Assembly: GCA_965204345.1 (NCBI GenBank)
Contig: OZ241981.1
Location: forward strand, 192,001-256,000
DNA from: Nitrosopumilus sp.
Lineage (GTDB): Archaea > Thermoproteota > Nitrososphaeria > Nitrososphaerales > Nitrosopumilaceae
Reading direction: 5' to 3'
DNA: 64,000 nt
Shown here: piece after piece, positions 43,462-52,982 of the stretch
Layout: each line of letters opens with the position of its first letter
Numbering within the stretch: position 1 is the first letter of the stretch
Program-made: the position numbers and the translations under genes
Notes under the pieces: model-generated
What the model saw: the letters and a program-made list of their open reading frames with translations, nothing else
What the model was told of the DNA's origin: nothing
The model's database searches: none

Positions 43462-45021
43462 ATGGCAATAAAAAAACAAGATCAGACACTTGAAGACAAA
43501 CTTTGGGATACAGCAGAACTATTAAGAGGAAAGGTATCTCCAACTTCATACAAAGACATTGCATTAGGTTTACTATTTCTAAAATTCATTTCAAACAGAT
43601 ATGATAAAAGACGGGCAGAAATTGAAAAGGAAACCAAGGATTTATCAGAGAAAGAAAGAAAATATCTGCTAAATCTAAAGGATCAGTACACAGCAAAGGG
43701 TGTCTTTTACCTCAAAGAAGGAGATAACTGGAATGACTTGACAAAAATGGCATCAAGTGAGAAAAACCTGGCAATAAAAATTGATGAGATGATTCAGGAG
43801 ATAGAAAACGACAATCCTGACTTGGAAAATGTGCTGCCTAAGGTTTTTGCAGGCTCTGGCATTCCAAATGATAGTTTACAGCAATTAATTGAAACATTTG
43901 ATACGATACCCACTGACGAAATTTCTAAAGATCACTTTGGGCAAATCTATGAATATTTCTTGAGAAACTTTCACAAAAAGATTGGTCAAAAGGGTGGAGA
44001 ATTTTTCACACCAGAATCCATTGTGCAGTTGCTAGTTGAGATTATTGAGCCATATGAGGGAATCATCTATGATCCAACATGTGGTTCAGGCGGAATGTTT
44101 GTGCAAAGCAAAAAGTTTCAGGATGCACACAAAGACAAAAGCAAAAAGGGAACTTCAATTTATGGAGTAGATTCTCAACAAGACATTTGGCGAATTGCAA
44201 AAATGAATCTCACAATGAGGGGAATTGAGGCAAAAAATATCAAAAATGCAGACTGTTTACTGGACCATCCATTTGAAAAAGTAAAGGCAAACCGTATCTT
44301 GGCTAATCCGCCATTTAACATGGGAGAATGGGGACATGAAAAATTAGCCAATGATGCAAGATTTGCAAAGTACGGGATGCCTAGTAATGGAAAACCAGGT
44401 GGAAACTATGCATTCATGTCTCATATGATTCATCATCTGGATGAAAAAGATGGCAAGCTTGGATTGGTATTAGCCAATGGTTCAATGAGTGCAGGTGGAA
44501 AAGAAGGAGACATTAGAGAAAAACTAGTAAAAGATGATTTGATTGATTGTATGATTGCATTACCAACCAATCTGTTTTACACAGTCACAATTCCTGCATG
44601 CCTTTGGTTTATCTCAAAAAATAAAGATGATAAAAAATCAAGAAAAAGAAATGGCGAAACTCTATTCATTGATGCAAGAAAGATTTTTACCCCTGTTGAC
44701 AGGGCACACAATGAATTATCCGAAGAACAGATTCAAAAGATTGCTGGCACTTATCGTTCATTTATCGGAGAGAAGGGACATCCAAAATACAAAGATAAAG
44801 CAGGTTATTGTAAGGCAGTAAAAATTTCAGACATTGAGAAAAACAATTTTGTTCTAACTCCGGGCAGATATGTTGGTGCAGAAGAGATTGAAGATGACGG
44901 AGAGCCATTTGAAGATAAAATGAAACGATTGACTACTGAATATGCAAAACTTTCAGAAGAATCTAAGAAATTAGATAAAGAAATTCGTAGAAATTTGAAG
45001 GGGATTGGTTTTGAAATCTAA
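43462..45021 (+). CDS. hsdM: Type I R-M methyltransferase subunit M (m6A)
   Basis: GEFFTP, DPTCGSGG, ANPPF, LTPGRYVG. Confidence 0.96.
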   Translation: MAIKKQDQTLEDKLWDTAELLRGKVSPTSYKDIALGLLFLKFISNRYDKRRAEIEKETKDLSEKERKYLLNLKDQYTAKGVFYLKEGDNWNDLTKMASSEKNLAIKIDEMIQEIENDNPDLENVLPKVFAGSGIPNDSLQQLIETFDTIPTDEISKDHFGQIYEYFLRNFHKKIGQKGGEFFTPESIVQLLVEIIEPYEGIIYDPTCGSGGMFVQSKKFQDAHKDKSKKGTSIYGVDSQQDIWRIAKMNLTMRGIEAKNIKNADCLLDHPFEKVKANRILANPPFNMGEWGHEKLANDARFAKYGMPSNGKPGGNYAFMSHMIHHLDEKDGKLGLVLANGSMSAGGKEGDIREKLVKDDLIDCMIALPTNLFYTVTIPACLWFISKNKDDKKSRKRNGETLFIDARKIFTPVDRAHNELSEEQIQKIAGTYRSFIGEKGHPKYKDKAGYCKAVKISDIEKNNFVLTPGRYVGAEEIEDDGEPFEDKMKRLTTEYAKLSEESKKLDKEIRRNLKGIGFEI

Positions 45022-46281
45022 AACTATTCGAGAGTTTAAAGAAACTGAAATTGGTAAAATCCCTACAGATTGGGAAGTAAAAAAATTGGAAGAATTACTT
45101 TTTATCAAAGGCAGAATAGGTTGGAAGGGATTAAAAAAATCTGAATTTGGAAAAGAAGGAATAATCATTATCAACGGTCCTCAAATAAAAAATAATAAAG
45201 TAAATTGGAATCAGTGTTTACGAGTTCCTAAATGGAGATATGATGAATCACCGGAAATATCTGTTAAAGAAGAAGATATTCTAATGACCAAAGATGGCAC
45301 AATTGGTAAAACAGCTTATATTGAAAACATTCGTGAATCTGCTACTTTAGCTTCTGGAATATTTTTAATCCGAAGTATTTCTGAAAAACTAGATCAGCGT
45401 TTCCTTTACTTGTATTTTAATTCTCAATTTTTTAGCAAATTAGTAGAAAGTAGAATTGAAGGTTCTGTCATTCCTCATCTTTATCAACGTGATATTATAC
45501 AACTTTCTATTCCTTTACCCTCAATTTCTGAACAACAGTTGATTGCAAAAATCATCTTAAATATTGATTCAAAAATTAAAAATCTTCAAAACAGAACAAA
45601 ATCCTCGAACAAATCGCCCAGACAGTCTTCAAATCATGGTTTGTTGACTATGACGGGATAACCGAGTTTGAGGATTCGGAGCTGGGTAAAATTCCAAAAG
45701 GATGGAAAGTAGTTAAAATTGGTAGTATATGTAATACATTTGGAGGAGGTACACCATCTACCACAAATCAAGATTATTGGAATGGATGCATTCATTGGCT
45801 TGTTCCACGAGATCTTACTAATTCAGATAGATTATTTTGTACATCTTCTGAAAGAAAAATCACTGAATTAGGATTAAAAAATTGTTCATCACAATTACAT
45901 CCTGAAAATTCAATTTTCATGACGTCGAGAGCTACTATAGGCGCATTTACTATTAATCGAATACCACTAGCTACAAATCAAGGATTCATTGTAATGAGAC
46001 CAAATAATCCAAATCATCTGTATTACCTATTTCTTAATTTTGTTAGTAGAATTGATGAATTTATCAATCATGCAAATGGTAGTACTTTTTTAGAAATTAG
46101 TAGAGGTGATTTTAGACAATTATTAATTGTTATTCCTCCTTCATCAATTCTAGATATATTTCATAATAAAATAAAACCGTTATTTGAGAATAGGTTTGTT
46201 AATGAAAAAAAAATTACGTCTCTTACAAAACTACGTAATATCTTACTGCCAAAACTAATGTCAGGAGAAATCAGAGTATAA
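45005..46281 (+). pseudogene. hsdS: Type I R-M specificity subunit HsdS-B, frameshifted by 1-bp loss in an A tract at 45588-45591
   Basis: Adding one A gives NLQKQNKILEQIAQTVFKSWFVDYDGITEFEDSELGKIPKGW... open to LLPKLMSGEIRV*. Confidence 0.9.
45584..45649 (+). repeat. Right arm of inverted repeat; contains 26-bp core at 45624-45649
   Basis: cttcaaaacagaacaaaatcctcgaacaaatcgcccagacagtcttcaaatcatggtttgttgact. Confidence 0.95.
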
Positions 46282-46921
46282 TTACATCTTAAATGAAACT
46301 AGCAATTACATCAGTCAATCAAGAAATCAGATTCGAATTTGATATGTTTTCCAGATCTTACCTACTGTCAATCTGTTATACATGGACAACCTCTTATTGC
46401 TCTTGTATGACAAAATATTTTGTTATATTTAGAATCATGTCGTGACACCTTGTTATAAAAAATGCCTTGACATGTAGATTGACACTCCTTATTGAAGGTA
46501 GAACATACTTTGAAAGGTTGGCGACATCCGGACGCTTTGGTTCAAATTCAGATATAAGACAGATCGTATTAAGATGTGATCTGTTGTTCATAAGAATGTC
46601 TGTATGAGTCCCACATCAGGATAATCAGATCTTTTCTTTAGATGTTCCTTGAGATCTTGCGTTACAGCATTAATTAAGAGTTCACAAATTTGACACTCAT
46701 TTGTTGGAATGCACTTGTTTTTAATTATCATAGTATTTGCAGTCTTTTATAACATACAGAAAATCATCGTTTATTTTGACTTTATTTTTCTTGTCAAGTA
46801 TTCCATGCGATTTTAGCATTCATAGTTCGAACATAAATTCTTGGAGTTCCTCTCTCAGATTTTTATCATGTTTTCTTCTTGATTAAATCTTTTCATCATT
46901 ACTGGATGTAAATTTCGATAG

Positions 46922-47024
46922 TTTTGAGACAAAACTGTTTCACGTAAATTTAACACATTTACTGGATGTGACTTTGAGGGTTTTTGATAATTTTACAGAA
47001 AATTCAGATCACATAAATTTAACA
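46922..47024 (-). repeat. Dispersed ~103-bp repeat, inverted copy of 60026-60129
   Basis: Manual alignment, roughly 85% identity; two TGTTAAATTTAyGTGA boxes. Confidence 0.85.
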
Positions 47025-47066
47025 TCTTTACTGGATGCACTCATCTCCAAATTATTGAGATAGTAT

Positions 47067-47579
47067 ATGATAGGTCCAATTGATATTTCATATGAGCAAG
47101 AATCTAATTTTGCATTTATATCAATCGTTATTGGAATAGACGAGAATATAGAACACATGTACAAAAGATTAGGGTCAAAGAAAATTCACATGAGTACTCT
47201 ATGTATAATCCAACAAGATGAGAGTCTATCTAAAATAGAATTTGATGATAAAAATAACATTGCATTTTGTGTTAAAATAAACAAAAATATGAAAAAGATC
47301 ACAAACACGCGAAAGATTAAACAAAAAAGTATTCCTACTGGAAAAATATATCAGTTACAACACGGCCAATTATTATATTCAATACAAGAACGCATTGAAA
47401 AATTTCCATTAACACACAATTATGAACTAGATGATATTTTCTTTCGATGTGATAGTGACAGTAAAGGATTTGTAAGGGATGTCAGTTGCACTTTTGATCC
47501 TAAAAATATTCACGAAATTGTCGATACAGTAGCCTGGTTGAATAAACAGGGCAGATACATAAAGAATCTATTGGGATAG
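47067..47579 (+). CDS. DUF3800-like (RNase H-fold) protein, possibly degenerate
   Basis: N-terminal IDIS, IHM, central D.D, C-terminal D.VAW pattern. Confidence 0.45.
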   Translation: MIGPIDISYEQESNFAFISIVIGIDENIEHMYKRLGSKKIHMSTLCIIQQDESLSKIEFDDKNNIAFCVKINKNMKKITNTRKIKQKSIPTGKIYQLQHGQLLYSIQERIEKFPLTHNYELDDIFFRCDSDSKGFVRDVSCTFDPKNIHEIVDTVAWLNKQGRYIKNLLG

Positions 47580-47630
47580 GCAAAGTAGAAAAAAATTAAC
47601 ACAAAAATTCTCAAAGAATTAAGATAAATT

Positions 47631-47695
47631 GCCTCGCACACACATCAGCCCCTAGTTCGCCTGCAAAAGCAGACCTAGAGGGTTCGAGTACGGAC
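47631..47695 (+). ncRNA. Candidate structured RNA 3' of the DUF3800-like gene
   Basis: GC-rich nested stems in AT-rich context: CTCG/CGAG, AGCCCCTAG/CTAG(A)GGGTT, CTGC-AAAA-GCAG. Confidence 0.45.
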
Positions 47696-47956
47696 AATAT
47701 ACATAAACAGTAATACCATTTAAACAATCTATTACAATTCCGTTAAACGTAAGCCGTTAGCGTAACAGGCACACCTACAAAACATCCATCAGATGAATTA
47801 CCAAAAGAACGCACGGCTATGGCAAATCTTTCTTGTGCTTTGTGTTTTATCCCATCAATTATGATCTTATCGTCTATACGTTCCATGTTTTTATCCTTTG
47901 ATAGATTCCTTGAATTCATTGTGTTGGTCTTTTGTTTCAGGTATCTCTTTTTTCTC

Positions 47957-48190
47957 CTAATCCACTGATTCTTGTGTATCTGGTTCATCCTTGCTTTCTC
48001 CAGCGATTTGCTTTACACGACCCACTTGGCCGTCTTTTAACCTGACCTTTATCCCATGAGGATGTACTTGACTGGAGGTAAGAATTTCAGATACGGTCCC
48101 CTGTGTTAATTTTCCAGTACCTTGATTCTCTTTTGTTTCTATTAAAACGGTAATTCCTTCCTTGATATGATCTCGTCTTGGAGTCGACAT
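47957..48190 (-). CDS. YwbE (DUF2196) family protein
   Basis: KENQGTGKLTQG.V..ILT....HPHGIKVRL.DGQVGRV; likely start MSTPRR. Confidence 0.9.
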   Translation of the reverse strand: MSTPRRDHIKEGITVLIETKENQGTGKLTQGTVSEILTSSQVHPHGIKVRLKDGQVGRVKQIAGESKDEPDTQESVD

Positions 48191-48514
48191 AATATTCCAA
48201 GACACATGATGGTTTATCAACATATCATAAACAGGAGTAATTCGGTTCAAGAGGGGCTCTGATTCAGGCAGGCTTTACTCACGGTTCAGGGAACTCGATA
48301 CAAACCAGGGAAGACTTGAGATACGATATTCAATTCAGAATAAGATAATTGTCAAGAAAATTATCTCTGACAATTTACTGTTAAATTCCAGTGATCAGAT
48401 AATCAAAATTTGCCAGAACCGCCTGCAACATCTAAAACAGTACATTACGTCACACCCATGTAAGCAAAACTTGACTTGGAAGGCATGCGATTGCTATCTG
48501 AGATTGACTCGTGA

Positions 48515-49741
48515 TTATCTCTTTTTTTTCTTAATCTCTTGAGCTACCATTGGCAAAAACGCCCCGACATCAGAGACTATTCCCAACGCTTGCCAAGTTC
48601 CACGATCCATTAGTTTTGTAACTGTTGGCTGACTAATGTCTACGACGATCACCTTGACATTTGCAGGAAGCATATTTCCTGTTGCAATAGAGTGCAACAT
48701 GGTTGAAATCATAATTACCATGCTGGCGTCCTTTAGGACCCTTTTATATTCACGCTGAGCTTGTGCGACATCGGTAATGACATCAGGCAGTGGACCATCA
48801 TCCCTGATAGAGCCTGCCAAAACAAATGGAACGTCATTTTTTACGCACTCGTACATTATTCCTTTTGTTAATTTTTTAGTTTTTACCATGTTGGAAATTG
48901 AACCTGCCTTAAAGACTGCATTGATGGTATCCATATGGTTTCGATGCCCGTGAAATGCCAATGTCGCATCATGAACATTCATCCCCAAGGATGTCCCTAG
49001 TGTGGCATATTCTATGTCGTGAACTGCAAGGGCATTGCCTGCCAGTACCCCATCAACATATCCGGATCTGATTAGTTCTGATACTGCATCATCTGCTCCG
49101 GTATGAACTATTGCAGGACCTCCAACAATGACTATTTTTCCGCCCTTCTTTTTGGTGTTGTAAATATCATCTGCAACCTTTTTAGCTATGTGTTGGGTTG
49201 GGCGTTCACTGGAACTTGAACTTCCCATAAATTCAAATACATTGACGCCTTCCCTTGGGCGTTCAGGAGGAATAATCTTAATGCCCTCCTCTCCAACAAT
49301 TATCTGATCACCTTTTCTGACATCCCTGACAGGAACACAAAATGCTCGTCTTCCTTTTACCATGATACATTTATCCATCATCATATTTTCAACTGAGATC
49401 CATTGCCCCTTATGAAAAACATTTGTGTGATTGTTAGTAGTGCTGTAAAAATTATCAGGCATCACATAGTTTTTAGGGGATTTCTTCAGAGTAATCTCCT
49501 TTTGAATCTTAGAGACAGCACCCAGACGGTAAACAGTTTCTAGAATTTCATTCAAATGCTTTTGATTTTTGCCTGAAATTAGCAATCTTGCAAATGACTG
49601 ATCCTGCTTCATTTTGCCAATGTCAATTTCCTGTACTTGAAATTCCCCTTGCAAATCCATGATTTTATCAAATATTTTTGTTAAAATTGAGGAATCAATC
49701 AGGTGACCGTTAACCTCAATCTCTTGGGAAAACCTGCTCAT
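48515..49741 (-). CDS. TIGR00300/LOR-SDH-like protein (ArgZ/AgrE C-terminal ornithine cyclodeaminase-like)
   Basis: GHLIDS, FYSTTN, GNALAVHDIE, LAGSIRDDGPLPD, TKLMDRG. Confidence 0.88.
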   Translation of the reverse strand: MSRFSQEIEVNGHLIDSSILTKIFDKIMDLQGEFQVQEIDIGKMKQDQSFARLLISGKNQKHLNEILETVYRLGAVSKIQKEITLKKSPKNYVMPDNFYSTTNNHTNVFHKGQWISVENMMMDKCIMVKGRRAFCVPVRDVRKGDQIIVGEEGIKIIPPERPREGVNVFEFMGSSSSSERPTQHIAKKVADDIYNTKKKGGKIVIVGGPAIVHTGADDAVSELIRSGYVDGVLAGNALAVHDIEYATLGTSLGMNVHDATLAFHGHRNHMDTINAVFKAGSISNMVKTKKLTKGIMYECVKNDVPFVLAGSIRDDGPLPDVITDVAQAQREYKRVLKDASMVIMISTMLHSIATGNMLPANVKVIVVDISQPTVTKLMDRGTWQALGIVSDVGAFLPMVAQEIKKKKR

Positions 49742-49791
49742 TTGTTATCCTATGCCATATCATAACTAAAGTTTTACGTTTTATTTTGAGG

Positions 49792-50148
49792 TCATACGGG
49801 TAAAATTACTTTGCCTTCAAATTTTGCAATTTTGTCATTTTGGAATATTTTCTCCCATGCCTCCTTTTGTTGCCTGGTTACACCTTGGACTATGGTCTTT
49901 GAAGACCCTGTCTTATCAACTAGTGCAAGGATATATCCGCTAGTATCTGTCAGAACAAATCCTGCGGATTCATCAACAAAGGCATACAGGTTTTCTTGGC
50001 CTACAGGCTCCCATACATTGGATTTTGTGTCTACTAGGGCCAAAGCAGGCATGGCTTTTCCATCAGTTATCCTGTTTAGATATTCCCTGGACTCTGCAAC
50101 TCTTTTTTGGCCTAGTTTTAAAGCCTGAAAATATTGCATAGCTGGCAA
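49792..50148 (-). CDS. Conserved hypothetical protein
   Basis: 118-aa ORF, co-oriented with neighbour. Confidence 0.75.
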   Translation of the reverse strand: MPAMQYFQALKLGQKRVAESREYLNRITDGKAMPALALVDTKSNVWEPVGQENLYAFVDESAGFVLTDTSGYILALVDKTGSSKTIVQGVTRQQKEAWEKIFQNDKIAKFEGKVILPV

Positions 50149-50217
50149 ATATTCAAATCATTATAAAAACAATTTCACTTCAAAAGATTGTTATAGAATT
50201 TCAAGCTAATCTAGTCA

Positions 50218-50517
50218 GTGCCCCTAACAAACAATGTCATAATCAAACTAAATGAAATCACCACCATGGTTGAGGACAAATCCAAGCTGTCTGAATCAGA
50301 ACAGGAGGATATCAAAACAATCTTTAGAAATCTTGTAGAAAATAACGAAAGATATGATCTGGATGAAATTGAATTTTGGTTTGAAAATGAGGGGAGCTGG
50401 TCCTTTAGGGAGCCGAGAATACGAATTACAAACCTGGCAAGCTACATTCAAGACAAGCATCAGCAAACAGCACACTTGCGAATAATTTCCGATGATGATT
50501 GCGGCTGCGGAAGCTAG
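50218..50517 (+). CDS. Conserved hypothetical protein
   Basis: 99-aa ORF ending CGCGS. Confidence 0.75.
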   Translation: MPLTNNVIIKLNEITTMVEDKSKLSESEQEDIKTIFRNLVENNERYDLDEIEFWFENEGSWSFREPRIRITNLASYIQDKHQQTAHLRIISDDDCGCGS

Positions 50518-50765
50518 GTTTCCAATTTCTCTAACAGCGTACTGACAATTTTTGCATTTTCAGTTCTCTTACTTAATATTCTTTCAATACGATCATGGTT
50601 CTTAGCTTCCTTTGTAATGATCTTAAAATATTCCTCATCCAAATTGTTGTTTGCTTGTAATCTTTTCACAACTTCAAACAGTATTCCAATTACCTGTTTT
50701 TGCGCATCAATTAACTGATCCTTTTCATCCTGGGCCATAGCATCATTTATCCATAATTTGTCCAA
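50514..50765 (-). CDS. Hypothetical coiled-coil protein
   Basis: Follows HD gene. Confidence 0.7.
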   Translation of the reverse strand: MDKLWINDAMAQDEKDQLIDAQKQVIGILFEVVKRLQANNNLDEEYFKIITKEAKNHDRIERILSKRTENAKIVSTLLEKLET

Positions 50766-51276
50766 ACAGCTCTTTTAATTTAGTATTTGTAATGCTGCTT
50801 TCTGCCGACTTTGAAAATAAATTTGTTTTTTCCTTAGAATATCCTTCCCTTTCATATAACTTGGCCTGAAGTGCCATTTCCAACTTGTCAACTTGATGTA
50901 CTAGCTGTGATTCAAAAGAACTGTTTTCTTGATACTCTTGCCATAATTTCAGATAAGCAGCCTGTATGCGTTGAGGCAAATTTTGCAGTATGTCCTCAAA
51001 TGCACTGTTTTCCAATTCCCTCTTTTTTTCTGCCGTGATTTGCTCCGGGGTATAATCTCCAACGAGGGATTCGGCCAAGTCATGCAGCAAAATCATTTTG
51101 AGGATTTTTTCAGAATTATAATTTTCAAGATCAGATATTACCATGCCCATTATTGCCATGACGTAAGTGTGGTCTGCAACGGATTCGGGCACATCCACAG
51201 ATAGCTTGTCGACCCATCCCTGTCTTTGAACTTTTTTTAGCTTTGCAGCTATTCTGAAGAAATCAGAGATCGTCAT
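50743..51276 (-). CDS. HD-domain hydrolase (YfbR/HDDC2-like 5'-deoxynucleotidase)
   Basis: RQGW, ESVADH, LLHDLAE..GD.TP, DKLEM. Confidence 0.92.
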   Translation of the reverse strand: MTISDFFRIAAKLKKVQRQGWVDKLSVDVPESVADHTYVMAIMGMVISDLENYNSEKILKMILLHDLAESLVGDYTPEQITAEKKRELENSAFEDILQNLPQRIQAAYLKLWQEYQENSSFESQLVHQVDKLEMALQAKLYEREGYSKEKTNLFSKSAESSITNTKLKELFGQIMDK

Positions 51277-51361
51277 GTGTATATTGCAGTCTTTTCTCCT
51301 AATGAATTTTAATACAAAATGACTGCGAATAACATAATAATTATCTCAAAGTAACAAACTT

Positions 51362-51901
51362 GTGAAGATATACACAAAAACAGGGGATGATGGAAATACA
51401 GGACTGCAAGGAAATTACAGGATATCAAAATCTCATACAAGAATTATCTCATATGGCACGGTAGATGAGGCAAATGCTTCCATAGGGATTGCGCTTGCAA
51501 ATACTTTGGATGGAGACATCACTCAAATTTTAACAAGAATTCAAAATGAGCTTTTTTTGGTAGGAGCTGATCTCTCAAATCCAAATCTAAATGATGTAAA
51601 AAACAGGGTTTCATTGGGGATGATTGAATCCTTGGAAAAAGATATTGATCTGCTTGAGTCAGAGTTGCCGCCACTAACAAACTTTGTTTTGCCAGGAGGC
51701 AATAGTGCAGCAGCTCAAATACACCACGCACGAACCGTTGTAAGACGTGCAGAAACCCAAGTTGTCCAATTAAGTGAAAAAGATGAAATCAATTCAAACT
51801 GCATAAAATATCTTAACCGGTTGTCGGATTTACTGTTTGTGATTGGCAGACTAGTCAATAAACGAAAAAACATAAAAGATGTGCCATGGAAGATCAGCTA
51901 A
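51362..51901 (+). CDS. PduO-type cob(I)alamin adenosyltransferase
   Basis: KIYTKTGDDG.T, YGTVDEAN, RTVVRRAE, YLNRLSD. Confidence 0.95.
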   Translation: MKIYTKTGDDGNTGLQGNYRISKSHTRIISYGTVDEANASIGIALANTLDGDITQILTRIQNELFLVGADLSNPNLNDVKNRVSLGMIESLEKDIDLLESELPPLTNFVLPGGNSAAAQIHHARTVVRRAETQVVQLSEKDEINSNCIKYLNRLSDLLFVIGRLVNKRKNIKDVPWKIS

Positions 51902-52352
51902 TCGCATAGCATGCCAAAATTTTTTAATTTGCTATAAAAATAGACAGGCTCAAAATCAGGGTCTGCTAAGTTAGTGCCGCCTTCTTATCCGTGTCAAGTG
52001 CCGTCATCTAAATCTGGTCATATTGGAAAAATTTGGCTTGTTAACCTGCGTGATTGAATAAAGCAAATGACCTAATTTCTTAACGCAAAAAATATCGCCT
52101 GTTGCAAATTTGGATTTAACACCTAGTTGACCGGATCAAATCCTTCCTACTTTGCCAAGTTCCAAATTAACCGCCTTATTACCAACATAACCGTCAATCG
52201 GACTTTTGAGTAGAGAAAGCATGTTTTCTCTAGCTGTCTTTCAACGTGGATATGCCGCCTTTGGGATTCTGATATGCCAGTGGTTTGCGTATACTCCATC
52301 ACAACACAAAGCATTAACGTATCTTATATAATCTCTAAACTGTGGTTAGATA

Positions 52353-52982
52353 TTGGAAATAGGGGATCTTTTTACAGATTTGGATATTGTTAAAAAAATA
52401 AACACAAAATTACCAAAGTTATTCGTCATGGCCGAAGCTGAAGCATTAAGAGGTGGCAAATTAGGAATGGAAATAGGTTCAGTGCGAGAAAGAATCATAA
52501 TTGCATTACTGCGTCATTATTTTGGAAAACCCAATATCTCTACGGACATGCCAATTACAGAAAAGGAAATCGATGTTATTGTGTTAGATACAAGAATATC
52601 AATAAAGACCATAACAGGAAATACCTTTTCTGGAATAAAGGTTATCTGGACGGTTGATTGGAATAAAATCGACTCGTTTGTGGATTCTTACACCCCTACT
52701 GCCGATATGATATTTATTCAAATCGTATGGAACTCAAGTGATGGCGGATTCTTCTATATTCCCCAAGCAGTACAAAATAAAATTTTTAACAATCTAGGAG
52801 AGAATGATTACTTTAAGAAACCTCCAAAAAATACAAATCCTCGGGGCGTTGAGTATTCAAAAGAAGCCATCAGACTAATGGTAGAAGATTCAGAGACTAA
52901 AAAAATCCCGATAGACTGGATAAGAGAGGATGGCAAAGATATTGATATTTACAAGAAATGGGAGGGCTATTGGGAATCTTGA
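52353..52982 (+). CDS. ThaI-family type II restriction endonuclease
   Basis: KLP.LF..AE.E..RGGK.GMEIGSVRERIIIALL, PITE.EIDV...ISIKT, NPRGVE. Confidence 0.8.
   Translation: MEIGDLFTDLDIVKKINTKLPKLFVMAEAEALRGGKLGMEIGSVRERIIIALLRHYFGKPNISTDMPITEKEIDVIVLDTRISIKTITGNTFSGIKVIWTVDWNKIDSFVDSYTPTADMIFIQIVWNSSDGGFFYIPQAVQNKIFNNLGENDYFKKPPKNTNPRGVEYSKEAIRLMVEDSETKKIPIDWIREDGKDIDIYKKWEGYWES

Noticed and set aside
51900-52340. ncRNA or repeat suggested by recurring CCGCCTT
   Set aside because: Only short scattered matches, no consistent spacing or fold; probably decayed coding DNA
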